Part shown: one piece after another, positions 36,540 to 45,802 of the stretch
Position numbering within the stretch: the first letter of the stretch is position 1
Layout: each line of letters opens with the position of its first letter
NCBI GenBank assembly: GCA_947168855.1
Contig: CAMVNO010000003.1
Coordinates: forward strand, 24,574-88,573
Source of the DNA: an uncultured Clostridia bacterium
Lineage (GTDB): Bacteria > Bacillota > Clostridia > Christensenellales > CAG-138
Direction: 5' to 3'
DNA: 64,000 nucleotides
Notes under the pieces: generated by a model
What the model was told of the DNA's origin: nothing
What the model saw: the letters and a program-made list of their open reading frames with translations, nothing else
Databases searched by the model: none
Translations under genes and position numbers: made by a program

Positions 36540-39500
36540 ATGAAGATTCTGAACAACATCAATGATACCGTTCGGGATGATTTGCTGATTACGATCGAAA
36601 AGGGCAGTAAGGTTTCGATTGCTGCTGCCTGCTTTTCCATCTATGCATTTCAAGAGTTAAAGAAGCAGTTGGAAGGCGTCGATCAGCTTCGCTTTATTTT
36701 CACATCACCGACATTCCTCAAAGAAAAAACAGAAAAAGCAAGCCGGGAATTCTACATTCCCCGGCTGAACCGCGAGCGCAATCTGTACGGCACGGATTTC
36801 GAAATCAAGCTCCGCAATGAACTGACGCAGCGCGCCATTGCAAAAGAGTGTGCGGATTGGGTTCGCCGTAAAGCAGTGTTCAAATCCAACGTCACGCAGG
36901 AAAACATGATGGGCTTTATGAATGTAAATGAGTCCACATATATGCCCATCACAGAATTCACGACGGTTGGAATCGGTTGCGAGCGCGGCAATAACGCCTA
37001 CAATCCGGTTACGAGAATGGAGTCGTACGAGAATGGACGCTACTTCCTGAACCTGTTTGATGAACTGTGGCGAGACAACAAGAAACTGCAGGATGTCACA
37101 GATATCGTGATCGAAAATATCACTGCTGCATATAAGGAGAATTCGCCGGATTTCATCTATTTCTTCATGCTGTACAACATCTTCAGCGAGTTTCTGGATG
37201 ACATCTCCGAGGACGTGCTTCCCAATGAAGCGACGGGATTCAAAAACAGCAAGATCTGGGCGATGCTGTACAATTTCCAGCGCGATGCCGTCCTTGCGAT
37301 CATCAATAAGTTGGAAAAATACAACGGTTGCATTTTGGCTGATAGCGTCGGTCTCGGCAAAACCTTTACAGCCCTTGCGGTTGTGAAGTATTACGAGAAC
37401 CGCAATAAATCCGTTCTCGTGCTCTGCCCGAAAAAGCTTGCCGAGAACTGGAATACCTACAAGGGTAACTACAAGAACAATCCGATTGCCGAGGACAGAA
37501 TGCGTTATGACGTTCTGTTCCATACGGATTTGTCCCGTGATCGCGGACAGTCCAACGGCATTGATCTGGAGCGCTTGAATTGGGGCAACTATGACTTGGT
37601 TGTCATCGACGAAAGCCACAACTTCCGCAATGGGATCGGCACGCACAGCAACACCACCGAAAACCGGTATCAGCGGCTGATGGAACGCATCGTCAGAGCA
37701 GGTGTGCGGACAAAAGTGTTGATGCTCTCCGCAACGCCCGTCAACAACAAATTCATCGATCTCAAGAACCAGCTTGCACTTGCATACGAAGGCGACGCCT
37801 CCATTATCAACGCGCAGCTTGATACGGACAAGCCGATCGACGAGATCTTCCGCCAAGCACAGACGGCGTTCAATCAATGGAGCAAGCTTGATGCACAGGA
37901 TCGTACAACGGACGCGCTGCTTCGTATGCTCGACTTTGATTTCTTCGAGCTTCTGGACAGCGTAACGATCGCACGTTCCCGTAAGCACATCGAAAAGTAT
38001 TACAACACGGCGGACATTGGACAGTTTCCGGAACGTCTGAAACCGATTTCCAAACACCCGCATCTGACGGATCTGAAGGACACCATCAACTACAACCAAA
38101 TCTATCGGGAGCTGATTTCGCTGCAGCTTACGATCTACACGCCGTCGTTCTTTATCTATGATTCCCGCATGGACAAGTACGGCGATCTGTCCCGTGGAAA
38201 AGGGCTGACGCAGCAAGGCCGAGAGCAGGGCATTCGGCGCTTGATGAGCATTAACCTTCTGAAACGTCTCGAGAGCTCCGTCTATTCGTTCCGTTTGACG
38301 CTCGATCGCATCCGCGCGTTAATCAATGATACGATTAGGATGATTGATTCCTACCAATCCGGGCAGAAGATCCTGGACATGGTGGATTTCTCCGATGCGG
38401 ATGATTTCGACGAGGACGATCAGAACACCGATTTTTTCTCTGTCGGCAGAAAAGTAAAGATTGATCTCGCCGATATGGATTATGTATCCTGGCGAAAGGA
38501 TCTGCAGCACGACGCTGAAACGCTCGAACTGCTGTCGCTGATGGTACAGGACATCACACCTGCGCACGACACCAAGCTGCAGGAGCTGTTCCGCCTGATC
38601 CGAAACAAGCAGCAGAATCCGATCAATCCGGGCAATAAGAAGATCATCATCTTTACGGCGTTCTCCGATACGGCGGATTATCTGTATGCGAACGTCAGCC
38701 GGTTCGTAAAGGATGAATTCGGGCTTGACACGGCAATGATCACCGGCTCCGTGGATGGCAAGACGACGATCCCGAAACTGCGGGCAGATCTGAATACCGT
38801 TCTGACGTGCTTCTCGCCCGTTTCAAAGGGCAAGGATATCCTGCTTCCGAACAATCCGGCGGAGATCGACGTGCTGATCGCCACCGACTGTATTTCCGAG
38901 GGCCAAAACCTGCAGGACTGCGATTACCTGATCAACTATGATATTCATTGGAACCCCGTCCGCATCATTCAGCGGTTCGGGCGAATTGATCGTATTGGCA
39001 GCCACAACAAGGTGATCCAGCTTGTCAACTTCTGGCCGGACATGGATCTGGACGAGTATATCAACCTGAAAGCACGCGTCGAAACGCGTATGAAGATCAC
39101 TGTTATGACGTCCACCGGCGACGACGATCTGATCAACGCCGAGGAGAAGGGTGATCTGGAATACCGCAAGGCGCAGCTCAAACGGCTGATGGAAGAGGTT
39201 GTCGACATCGAGGATATGTCCGGCGGCATTTCCATCATGGATCTCGGACTCAACGAGTTCCGTCTCGATCTGCTTGAGTATATGAAGACGCACGGTGACG
39301 TCATCGAGCATGCGCCGAACGGCTTGCACGCAGTTGTCGGCGCGACGAACGAAGCCCCTGCCGGCGTCGTCTTCGTTCTGAAAAATCGTAATCAAGGCGT
39401 GAACGTGGATCGTAAGAACCGCATCCATCCGTTCTACATGGTGTATATTGCCAACGACGGCGAGATCGTCTGCGACTACCTCGATCCCAAGACGTTGCTC

Positions 39501-39758
39501 GACACCTTCCGTTATTTGTGTAGAGGAAAGAAGGACCCGGATATTGCGCTATGCCATGCCTTCAATAAGGAAACGAACGACGGACGCGACATGAAAGAGG
39601 TATCGCTGCTTCTGAACGATGCGATTAATTCCATCATCGACGTCAAGGAGGAGAGCGACATCGACAGCTTATTCTCCACAGGTGGGACGTCCGCGCTTGT
39701 ATCAAAGATTTCCGGACTGGAAGACTTTGAGCTGATCTGCTTCCTGGTGGTGCGATAA
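36540..39758 (+). CDS. SNF2-family helicase with N-terminal PLD-like (non-catalytic) domain
   Basis: 1072 aa. ADSVGLGKT, VVIDESHNFRN, LMLSATPVNN and QRFGRIDRIGS motifs. Confidence 0.9.
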   Translation: MKILNNINDTVRDDLLITIEKGSKVSIAAACFSIYAFQELKKQLEGVDQLRFIFTSPTFLKEKTEKASREFYIPRLNRERNLYGTDFEIKLRNELTQRAIAKECADWVRRKAVFKSNVTQENMMGFMNVNESTYMPITEFTTVGIGCERGNNAYNPVTRMESYENGRYFLNLFDELWRDNKKLQDVTDIVIENITAAYKENSPDFIYFFMLYNIFSEFLDDISEDVLPNEATGFKNSKIWAMLYNFQRDAVLAIINKLEKYNGCILADSVGLGKTFTALAVVKYYENRNKSVLVLCPKKLAENWNTYKGNYKNNPIAEDRMRYDVLFHTDLSRDRGQSNGIDLERLNWGNYDLVVIDESHNFRNGIGTHSNTTENRYQRLMERIVRAGVRTKVLMLSATPVNNKFIDLKNQLALAYEGDASIINAQLDTDKPIDEIFRQAQTAFNQWSKLDAQDRTTDALLRMLDFDFFELLDSVTIARSRKHIEKYYNTADIGQFPERLKPISKHPHLTDLKDTINYNQIYRELISLQLTIYTPSFFIYDSRMDKYGDLSRGKGLTQQGREQGIRRLMSINLLKRLESSVYSFRLTLDRIRALINDTIRMIDSYQSGQKILDMVDFSDADDFDEDDQNTDFFSVGRKVKIDLADMDYVSWRKDLQHDAETLELLSLMVQDITPAHDTKLQELFRLIRNKQQNPINPGNKKIIIFTAFSDTADYLYANVSRFVKDEFGLDTAMITGSVDGKTTIPKLRADLNTVLTCFSPVSKGKDILLPNNPAEIDVLIATDCISEGQNLQDCDYLINYDIHWNPVRIIQRFGRIDRIGSHNKVIQLVNFWPDMDLDEYINLKARVETRMKITVMTSTGDDDLINAEEKGDLEYRKAQLKRLMEEVVDIEDMSGGISIMDLGLNEFRLDLLEYMKTHGDVIEHAPNGLHAVVGATNEAPAGVVFVLKNRNQGVNVDRKNRIHPFYMVYIANDGEIVCDYLDPKTLLDTFRYLCRGKKDPDIALCHAFNKETNDGRDMKEVSLLLNDAINSIIDVKEESDIDSLFSTGGTSALVSKISGLEDFELICFLVVR

Positions 39759-39768
39759 AGGAGAAAGA

Positions 39769-40419
39769 ATGCTGAATCTGCCTGCCGCAACTGAGTTTAA
39801 TAAACGAATACCGAAACAAAAGTTTTATGAGAATCTTCCGATTTCTCCGACGATGAAACGGGTTTTTGTCGAACAGATTCGTACGATCATCTGGCGCAAC
39901 AAGATCGCGGCGACGACGATGAATCTTGCGGAAGGCGACGCCGTCAAGGAGCTGGAAGTCTTTGAGATTCAGCTCAACAGCCCGGCGCTGGATGAATTGG
40001 TTTTGAAGCAGATGGATCAGGTGATCCCGTATCACATCCTGTTCCTGCTGTCATACGAGGGAAAGGTGCAGGCGTGGATCGGCTACAAGGAAGCGGCGCA
40101 ATCCGGCACCAACGCCTTCAAGGTGAGCGGATATTACCATACGGATTGGCTGCCGGAAACGGACATGCAGCTTCGCATCGAAGGGCTGTCCACCGACGCT
40201 GTCTATGAAAACCTCGTCCGGCAGATCGCGGGGACAGAACTGCAGATGCAAACAGGCGATACCCTGCAGGCGACGGTGGAACGCACCAAACAGCGTGCCG
40301 ATCTGGAAAAGAAAATCGCCGCGCTGGAAGCAAAGATCCGCAAGGAAAAGCAACTGAACCGCCAGATGGAACTGAACGCGGAAGTGAAGAGATTGAGGAA
40401 GGAGATAGAAATACTGTAA
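39769..40419 (+). CDS. DUF4391-family protein
   Basis: 216 aa. The N-terminus EFNKRIPKQKFYENL and the YHILFLL core match the DUF4391 pattern by recollection. Has a coiled-coil tail. Confidence 0.7.
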   Translation: MLNLPAATEFNKRIPKQKFYENLPISPTMKRVFVEQIRTIIWRNKIAATTMNLAEGDAVKELEVFEIQLNSPALDELVLKQMDQVIPYHILFLLSYEGKVQAWIGYKEAAQSGTNAFKVSGYYHTDWLPETDMQLRIEGLSTDAVYENLVRQIAGTELQMQTGDTLQATVERTKQRADLEKKIAALEAKIRKEKQLNRQMELNAEVKRLRKEIEIL

Positions 40420-41276
40420 TGGCAAGGAAAACAATATTTGAATTATACCAGCAGAATAATGACAGGGAGAGGGACTATGCCCGTATTGTTTCGCTTGTGA
40501 GATCTGACAAGTGCGTTGTGAAGCGCAGTGATTCAAACACAGGATGGCCTCTCAAACATATGTTTGAAGTCGGTTTTAGAGAATGGAAACAGCGAGGACG
40601 ATGCATTAGTCTGGAAGACTATTTGCAAACGATCGATTTTGAATCAATAAAGATATGCGCAGGTGCGTTTACAGATAATTTTTTAACCTATATTGAAGTC
40701 ATCTATAACGCTTGGTTCTTTGTTGATAAAGAGATTAAAGATCATTGGACAGTTATACAATGGGGCGTAGACGGGAAAGAGCTTCGAAGACTGATGGACG
40801 AAGTCCTGTCCGAGATGAATCAAAAAGCATATTATGATCCGGAAACGGAACAATGCTTGATCGGAGAGGATTCACCGCAGGTAACGACGGCAGTTGAAGC
40901 AACAGAACCGGAAACGGCATCGCAGATTCTTCACTATAATCATAGGCAGCTTGCAGGGGAGATTGCCAAGAAAAAGTCTATTTTACAAATTCTTGCAAAA
41001 TACCTTGAAGGGCGAGAATCAGAACTAAAGTCGATCAATATGCAGCTGTTTACAGACTTAAATACTGCCTTCAATAATCTTGATATTCGGCACAACAATA
41101 TAGTGCAGCGTGATTCTTCTGATTATAAAGAAAAACTTGCACAGATGACACCGGAGGAATTGGAGAAATGGTATGACGATGTGTATCAGCTAATTCTTTT
41201 GGCGATTCTGGAGATGGACAACGTAGAAAGAAGGAAACGTTTGAGAACCTTAATACAGGACATTAATCAGAAATGA
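40419..41276 (+). CDS. Uncharacterised protein (cassette 1, gene A)
   Basis: 285 aa, AT-rich. The start overlaps the DUF4391 stop (TAATG). No TM segment or recognised catalytic motif. Confidence 0.7.
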   Translation: MARKTIFELYQQNNDRERDYARIVSLVRSDKCVVKRSDSNTGWPLKHMFEVGFREWKQRGRCISLEDYLQTIDFESIKICAGAFTDNFLTYIEVIYNAWFFVDKEIKDHWTVIQWGVDGKELRRLMDEVLSEMNQKAYYDPETEQCLIGEDSPQVTTAVEATEPETASQILHYNHRQLAGEIAKKKSILQILAKYLEGRESELKSINMQLFTDLNTAFNNLDIRHNNIVQRDSSDYKEKLAQMTPEELEKWYDDVYQLILLAILEMDNVERRKRLRTLIQDINQK

Positions 41277-41293
41277 GGTAAGGGGTAAAGCAA

Positions 41294-42409
41294 ATGATTC
41301 AAGAATACTTGTTCGTTTCCGATGAGAAAATAGAAGATATCAAGAAGTACAATGTCAAAGATGTAAAAAAGACATGTGTTCAAATTAAGAATACAAATAG
41401 TTGGATTGTGACATTTTCGATCAAAAGCGATAGCATGGAAAGCGCTAAAGTCTTGTCGAATGCAAATGATTATATTGTAAAAACTTATAAGCCAACAGTA
41501 TTGATGAATGGCAGCGCTGCATATTTCACGAAGAGGCTTTATCCTCTTGCAGCGGATTTTGAACGTTCATTAAGAAAGCTTTTATACCTGAAAACTGTTA
41601 TAAGCAAGAGCAAAGCTGCTGAAAAATACATTCAGAATTTGGAAGAGAAGAATTTGGACGACATTAAAGCAATTCTTTTCTATGATAAAGGGTTTTATGA
41701 GAATGTGCACAAAGTTATAAATCAAAAAAAGGTATTCAGAAAAGATGAAATCCTTTCTGCGATAAATAATTTTGATGAAAAAACAGTATGGCAAGCTTTA
41801 TTCCCGGATAATCCTCCAAAACACTTGAAAGAACAATTCTCTACGATTATGCTGTATCGAAATGATATTATGCATTCACATAATATCAATCTTGCGGAAT
41901 ATGAAAGCATAAAGACTTTGTTTGAACAAATAAACGAAGAAATATCAACCGCAATAAATAATCTGTTAGAGCAGGAGCTTGATAATGAGAACGCGATAGA
42001 ATTTGATCAGTCTTTAGGACAAGCAATAGAAGCGCAAACAGAGGAAGCGCTCTACAAGCAGAATTACTACGCACTGTTGACAGGTTATCTTAATAGTTCT
42101 GCTATTGAATCTGCAAGGCAAATCGCGGCAAAGATCGATTTTAGTGCTTTGGCAAAGTATCAAGAACAAACCCAGGAGATGGTTGCCCGGATGGATTTTA
42201 GCAAACTTTCCGAATTAGAACAGCAGGCACTCGGAACAATCGCAAAGTTTAATTCGCCAGAGTTTCAGAAAACTATAGATCAGGCAGCCAAGGCTTTGGC
42301 GAGATTATCAATGACGAATTATGACAAGGCTACTCAGAAAGAAGAGAAAGACAAAGATGGCGAGAAGAAGCCAACATCGGATGATGAAGACAAGGGGGAT
42401 AAAGAGTAA
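41294..42409 (+). CDS. Uncharacterised protein with HEPN-like RNxxxH motif (cassette 1, gene B)
   Basis: 371 aa, AT-rich. MLYRNDIMHSHNI fits the HEPN Rx4-6H (RNxxxH) signature. C-terminal half is coiled-coil/low-complexity with a K/D/E tail. The stop overlaps the Mod start (TAATG). Confidence 0.7.
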   Translation: MIQEYLFVSDEKIEDIKKYNVKDVKKTCVQIKNTNSWIVTFSIKSDSMESAKVLSNANDYIVKTYKPTVLMNGSAAYFTKRLYPLAADFERSLRKLLYLKTVISKSKAAEKYIQNLEEKNLDDIKAILFYDKGFYENVHKVINQKKVFRKDEILSAINNFDEKTVWQALFPDNPPKHLKEQFSTIMLYRNDIMHSHNINLAEYESIKTLFEQINEEISTAINNLLEQELDNENAIEFDQSLGQAIEAQTEEALYKQNYYALLTGYLNSSAIESARQIAAKIDFSALAKYQEQTQEMVARMDFSKLSELEQQALGTIAKFNSPEFQKTIDQAAKALARLSMTNYDKATQKEEKDKDGEKKPTSDDEDKGDKE

Positions 42410-44376
42410 TGGAACGAATGAAGTTTGAGACGCCGGATATGGTGGCGGGGAATGTGGAGAAGATCGCGGCTCTGTTTCCGAACTGCGTTACCGAGGCGGT
42501 GGACGAGGAGAAAAGCACCCCGGAGAAGACGGTTTATAAGAAAGCGATCAACTTTGAACTGCTGCGGCAGATGCTGAGTCGTGACGTCATCGAGGGAGAT
42601 GAAGCATACGAATTCACATGGGTGGGCAAGAAGGCGGCGATCGTGGAAGCCAACGCGCCGATCCGTGCCACGCTGCGCCCGTGCCCGGAGGAGAGCGTCA
42701 ACTGGGACACCACCGAAAACCTCTATATCGAAGGCGACAATCTGCAGGTGCTGAAACTCTTGCAGGAGAGCTATCTCGGCAAAGTCAAAATGATCTATAT
42801 CGATCCGCCGTATAACACTGGGCACGATTTTGTCTATCCAGATTCTTTCATTATGGATAACAAAGAGTACAATGAAGGCACAGGATATTATAATGACGAT
42901 GGAGATGTAAATTTTAATCGAGAAAACAATGTGACTGCAGCGCGGTATCATTCTGACTGGTGTTCCATGCTTTATTCACGTCTACTATTATCCAGAAACT
43001 TACTATCAGATGAAGGTATTCTTTTCCTTTCAATAGACGAGAATGAAGTCACAAATGCTAAAAGGATCTGCGAAGAAGTGTTCGGGGCAGCCAATTGTCT
43101 GGGCGTTATTAGCAATACAAACAATCCGAAAGGGCGTTCTGATGATAATTATATTGCAACGGCACATGAATATATACTTGTTTATGCCAATCAAGAAGCA
43201 AAAGCAAAGTGGTTCGGCTTTGAACCGACGGAAGAAATAATTAAGAGATACAACAAAATTGATATAAACGGAAGAAAATATAGAGAGATCGACTTACGAA
43301 AAACTGGCGAGAATGATTTGAGAGAAGATAGGCCTAACCTGTTTTACTATTTTGCGTATAATCAAGAGACAGGGGACTTTTATCCGTGTAAAGAAGCAAT
43401 TGCTCCCAATGGATACTTTTTGATAAAGCCACAAAGAGAGGATGGCCGCGAAGGAAACTGGAGATGGGGGATAGAAACTGCGAGAGCACAGATCAATGAA
43501 TTGATTCCCAAATATATGCCTACAAGGAAAGTATGGGGCATTATGGAGAAAGACTACCTTGAAGACAGAGATTTTGTGAAGCCGACAAGTTCGTGGACAT
43601 TCAAAGATGTTAATAGTGAAAGAGGGACAGAGGAGTTCATCGATTTGGGATTTGATAAACGTGTTTTTCCAAAACCTAAACCTTTAGGAACGATTGAACG
43701 TTGTATTAAATTGTCTTCTCGGAGCAATAGCGATATTATAATGGACTTCTTTAGCGGTAGTGCGACAACAGCCCATGCGGTTTATAAAATGAATGCTTAT
43801 GATGGCGCTAAAAGACAGTTCATTATGGTTCAGTTGCCTGAGCCGTGTAAGGACAATTCGGTTCCATATTCAAAAGGTTTCAAAACCATCTGCGACATCG
43901 GCAAAGAGCGTATCCGCCGCGCAGGAAAGAAGATTCAGGAGGAGAATCCGCTGACGACGCAGGATTTGGATATCGGGTTTCGCGTACTGAAGCTCGATTC
44001 CACGAACATGAAGGACGTCTATTATTCGCCTGCGGAGATCAGTCAAAACCTGTTGACGGCTTTGGAATCCAACATCAAGGAGGATCGAACCGATCTCGAT
44101 CTGCTGTTCGGCTGCCTGATCGACTGGGGCCTGCCGCTGTCGCTGCCGTACAAGAGTGAAACGATCGACGGCTGCACCGTGCATACCTACAACGACGGCG
44201 ATCTGATCGCCTGCTTCAACGAAAATATCTCGGACAGCGTGATCCAGAAGATCGCCCGCCGCAAGCCTCTGCGCGCCGTCTTCCGCGACGCGAGCTTTGC
44301 TGACAGTCCCTCGAAGATCAACGTCTTCGAGATCTTCAAGCTCCTCGCCCCCGACGCGAGCGTCAAGGTGATATAA
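42409..44376 (+). CDS. mod: Type III-like DNA methyltransferase (Mod; beta-class N6A/N4C)
   Basis: 655 aa. Motif IV IYIDPPYNTG lies before motif I DFFSGSATTAHA, with a long variable central region between them. Confidence 0.88.
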   Translation: MERMKFETPDMVAGNVEKIAALFPNCVTEAVDEEKSTPEKTVYKKAINFELLRQMLSRDVIEGDEAYEFTWVGKKAAIVEANAPIRATLRPCPEESVNWDTTENLYIEGDNLQVLKLLQESYLGKVKMIYIDPPYNTGHDFVYPDSFIMDNKEYNEGTGYYNDDGDVNFNRENNVTAARYHSDWCSMLYSRLLLSRNLLSDEGILFLSIDENEVTNAKRICEEVFGAANCLGVISNTNNPKGRSDDNYIATAHEYILVYANQEAKAKWFGFEPTEEIIKRYNKIDINGRKYREIDLRKTGENDLREDRPNLFYYFAYNQETGDFYPCKEAIAPNGYFLIKPQREDGREGNWRWGIETARAQINELIPKYMPTRKVWGIMEKDYLEDRDFVKPTSSWTFKDVNSERGTEEFIDLGFDKRVFPKPKPLGTIERCIKLSSRSNSDIIMDFFSGSATTAHAVYKMNAYDGAKRQFIMVQLPEPCKDNSVPYSKGFKTICDIGKERIRRAGKKIQEENPLTTQDLDIGFRVLKLDSTNMKDVYYSPAEISQNLLTALESNIKEDRTDLDLLFGCLIDWGLPLSLPYKSETIDGCTVHTYNDGDLIACFNENISDSVIQKIARRKPLRAVFRDASFADSPSKINVFEIFKLLAPDASVKVI

Positions 44377-44388
44377 AGGAGATTCTTC

Positions 44389-45225
44389 ATGAGCAGATTC
44401 TTTTACAGAATACCACGAACTCTACGTAACAGTATTACTTTAGCATTGGCTATTATCACAGTGGCAAGCACTATCACGGGGATCATTGGCTTTTCTATTA
44501 GAGACGTTGACTCCAAACTGACATGGTGGGGCAGCCTTCTAATACTCCTCGGCTTGTATATACTTTTAGTTACAGTCATTTACATCGTATTAAAAGTAGT
44601 ACAAAAACGGCCAATTCGGTTTTCGATTAACGGTAATCAGGGAGAGATACGGAAAGGAAATATCTTTTCAACGGATGGAATGAAGGTGATTCCGTTTAAT
44701 GAGTTCTACGATACGAAGGTAGATGATGTAATAATATCAAAGAAATCATTAAATGGGGTGTTCATTTCCGGATATGTTAAGGATATCGAACATCTGAAGG
44801 AACGAATTATTGATGCAGAAAATGAGCCAAGCAGTTTGAAAAGTGAAGACATAAATGGTAGGAAGAGATATCCGCTTGGCAGAATAATACCGTATGATGA
44901 GTATCTGCTGCTTGCATTTTCACACTTTAACGCGAACAATGAAGCTCATATTGATATAGCGGATTACGAAAGATGTCTATTTCAAATGTGGAGAGAGATT
45001 CGTAGAACGTATTCAGGAAAGGACGTAGTTCTTCCGTTAATAGGTTCTGGCATAACAACGTTTGATGGAATATTGAAAAAGGACAATAACGATCTGCTGA
45101 AATGCATTTTATGCACGTTAAGGGCAAGCGGCGTTCAGCTTAACAGTAAAATAACAATTATTCTTACAGATGAGGTTTTTAATTCAATCAATCAAGACAG
45201 TATCAGAGAGGAGTTAAAACAATGA
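44389..45225 (+). CDS. 2-TM protein with C-terminal macro-like domain (Thoeris type II ThsA-like effector)
   Basis: 278 aa. Two N-terminal TM helices (ITLALAIITVASTITGIIGFSI; WWGSLLILLGLYILLVTVIYIVL). The C-terminal domain has a macro-like VVLPLIGSGITTF loop. Confidence 0.55.
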   Translation: MSRFFYRIPRTLRNSITLALAIITVASTITGIIGFSIRDVDSKLTWWGSLLILLGLYILLVTVIYIVLKVVQKRPIRFSINGNQGEIRKGNIFSTDGMKVIPFNEFYDTKVDDVIISKKSLNGVFISGYVKDIEHLKERIIDAENEPSSLKSEDINGRKRYPLGRIIPYDEYLLLAFSHFNANNEAHIDIADYERCLFQMWREIRRTYSGKDVVLPLIGSGITTFDGILKKDNNDLLKCILCTLRASGVQLNSKITIILTDEVFNSINQDSIREELKQ

Positions 45226-45734
45226 CATATTATAGAACTAGAACATATATTGCAGCAGATTGGACAGGCGATTATGATGCGGTTGAACAGCTGCGGAAAT
45301 GGAATGATAGCAATTATTGGAGCCTGAGTTTTACGGATGCCCATGATCTTAAGCAAGCGCGCGATGGCAGCTTGAATTGTACTATAAAAAATTCGTTGCG
45401 CGACAGATTAAACGCATCGAAAACGTTTGTTTTGATCGTTGGTGATCAAACAAAAAACTTGCGGAGTGGTAGCTGTGTCTACTGCCCTAACTATAATAAT
45501 TATTCGTGTGATAACCGTAATATCGTTGATTTTAGGAGTTACATTGAATTTGAGTGTGATAAGGCTATAAGTGATGGTTTGAAGATAGTTGTCCTTTATA
45601 ACTCAACTCGTGTAGATAAAACAAAATGCCCGGAGGTTATTCAGAAGTATGGGATTCATGCCGCAATGAAAGAGTACAAATATGGTCTTGTATACTGGAA
45701 TTATGCGGCTGTTAGAGATGCAATCATGGATTGA
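45222..45734 (+). CDS. TIR-like (DUF1863/ThsB-like) protein
   Basis: 170 aa. The blocks TYIAADW..., SKTFVLIVGDQT and IEFECDKAISDGLKIVVLYN line up with my recollection of Bacillus cereus ThsB. ATGA overlap with the upstream gene. Confidence 0.6.
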   Translation: MTYYRTRTYIAADWTGDYDAVEQLRKWNDSNYWSLSFTDAHDLKQARDGSLNCTIKNSLRDRLNASKTFVLIVGDQTKNLRSGSCVYCPNYNNYSCDNRNIVDFRSYIEFECDKAISDGLKIVVLYNSTRVDKTKCPEVIQKYGIHAAMKEYKYGLVYWNYAAVRDAIMD

Positions 45735-45802
45735 TTTAAATAGGACAATGCAACTGCTGATGCAGTTAACCTTACATGGTTCCAGTGCTGAGGAGAATTA
45801 TC

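Noticed and set aside
36705-38216. 503-aa minus-strand ORF inside the SNF2 gene; similar antisense ORFs at 35453-36211, 38823-39428, 46450-47328, 47527-48156 and 49066-49623
   Set aside because: These are antisense shadows of genes with complete helicase or ATPase motif sets. They have no independent motifs or translation signals.
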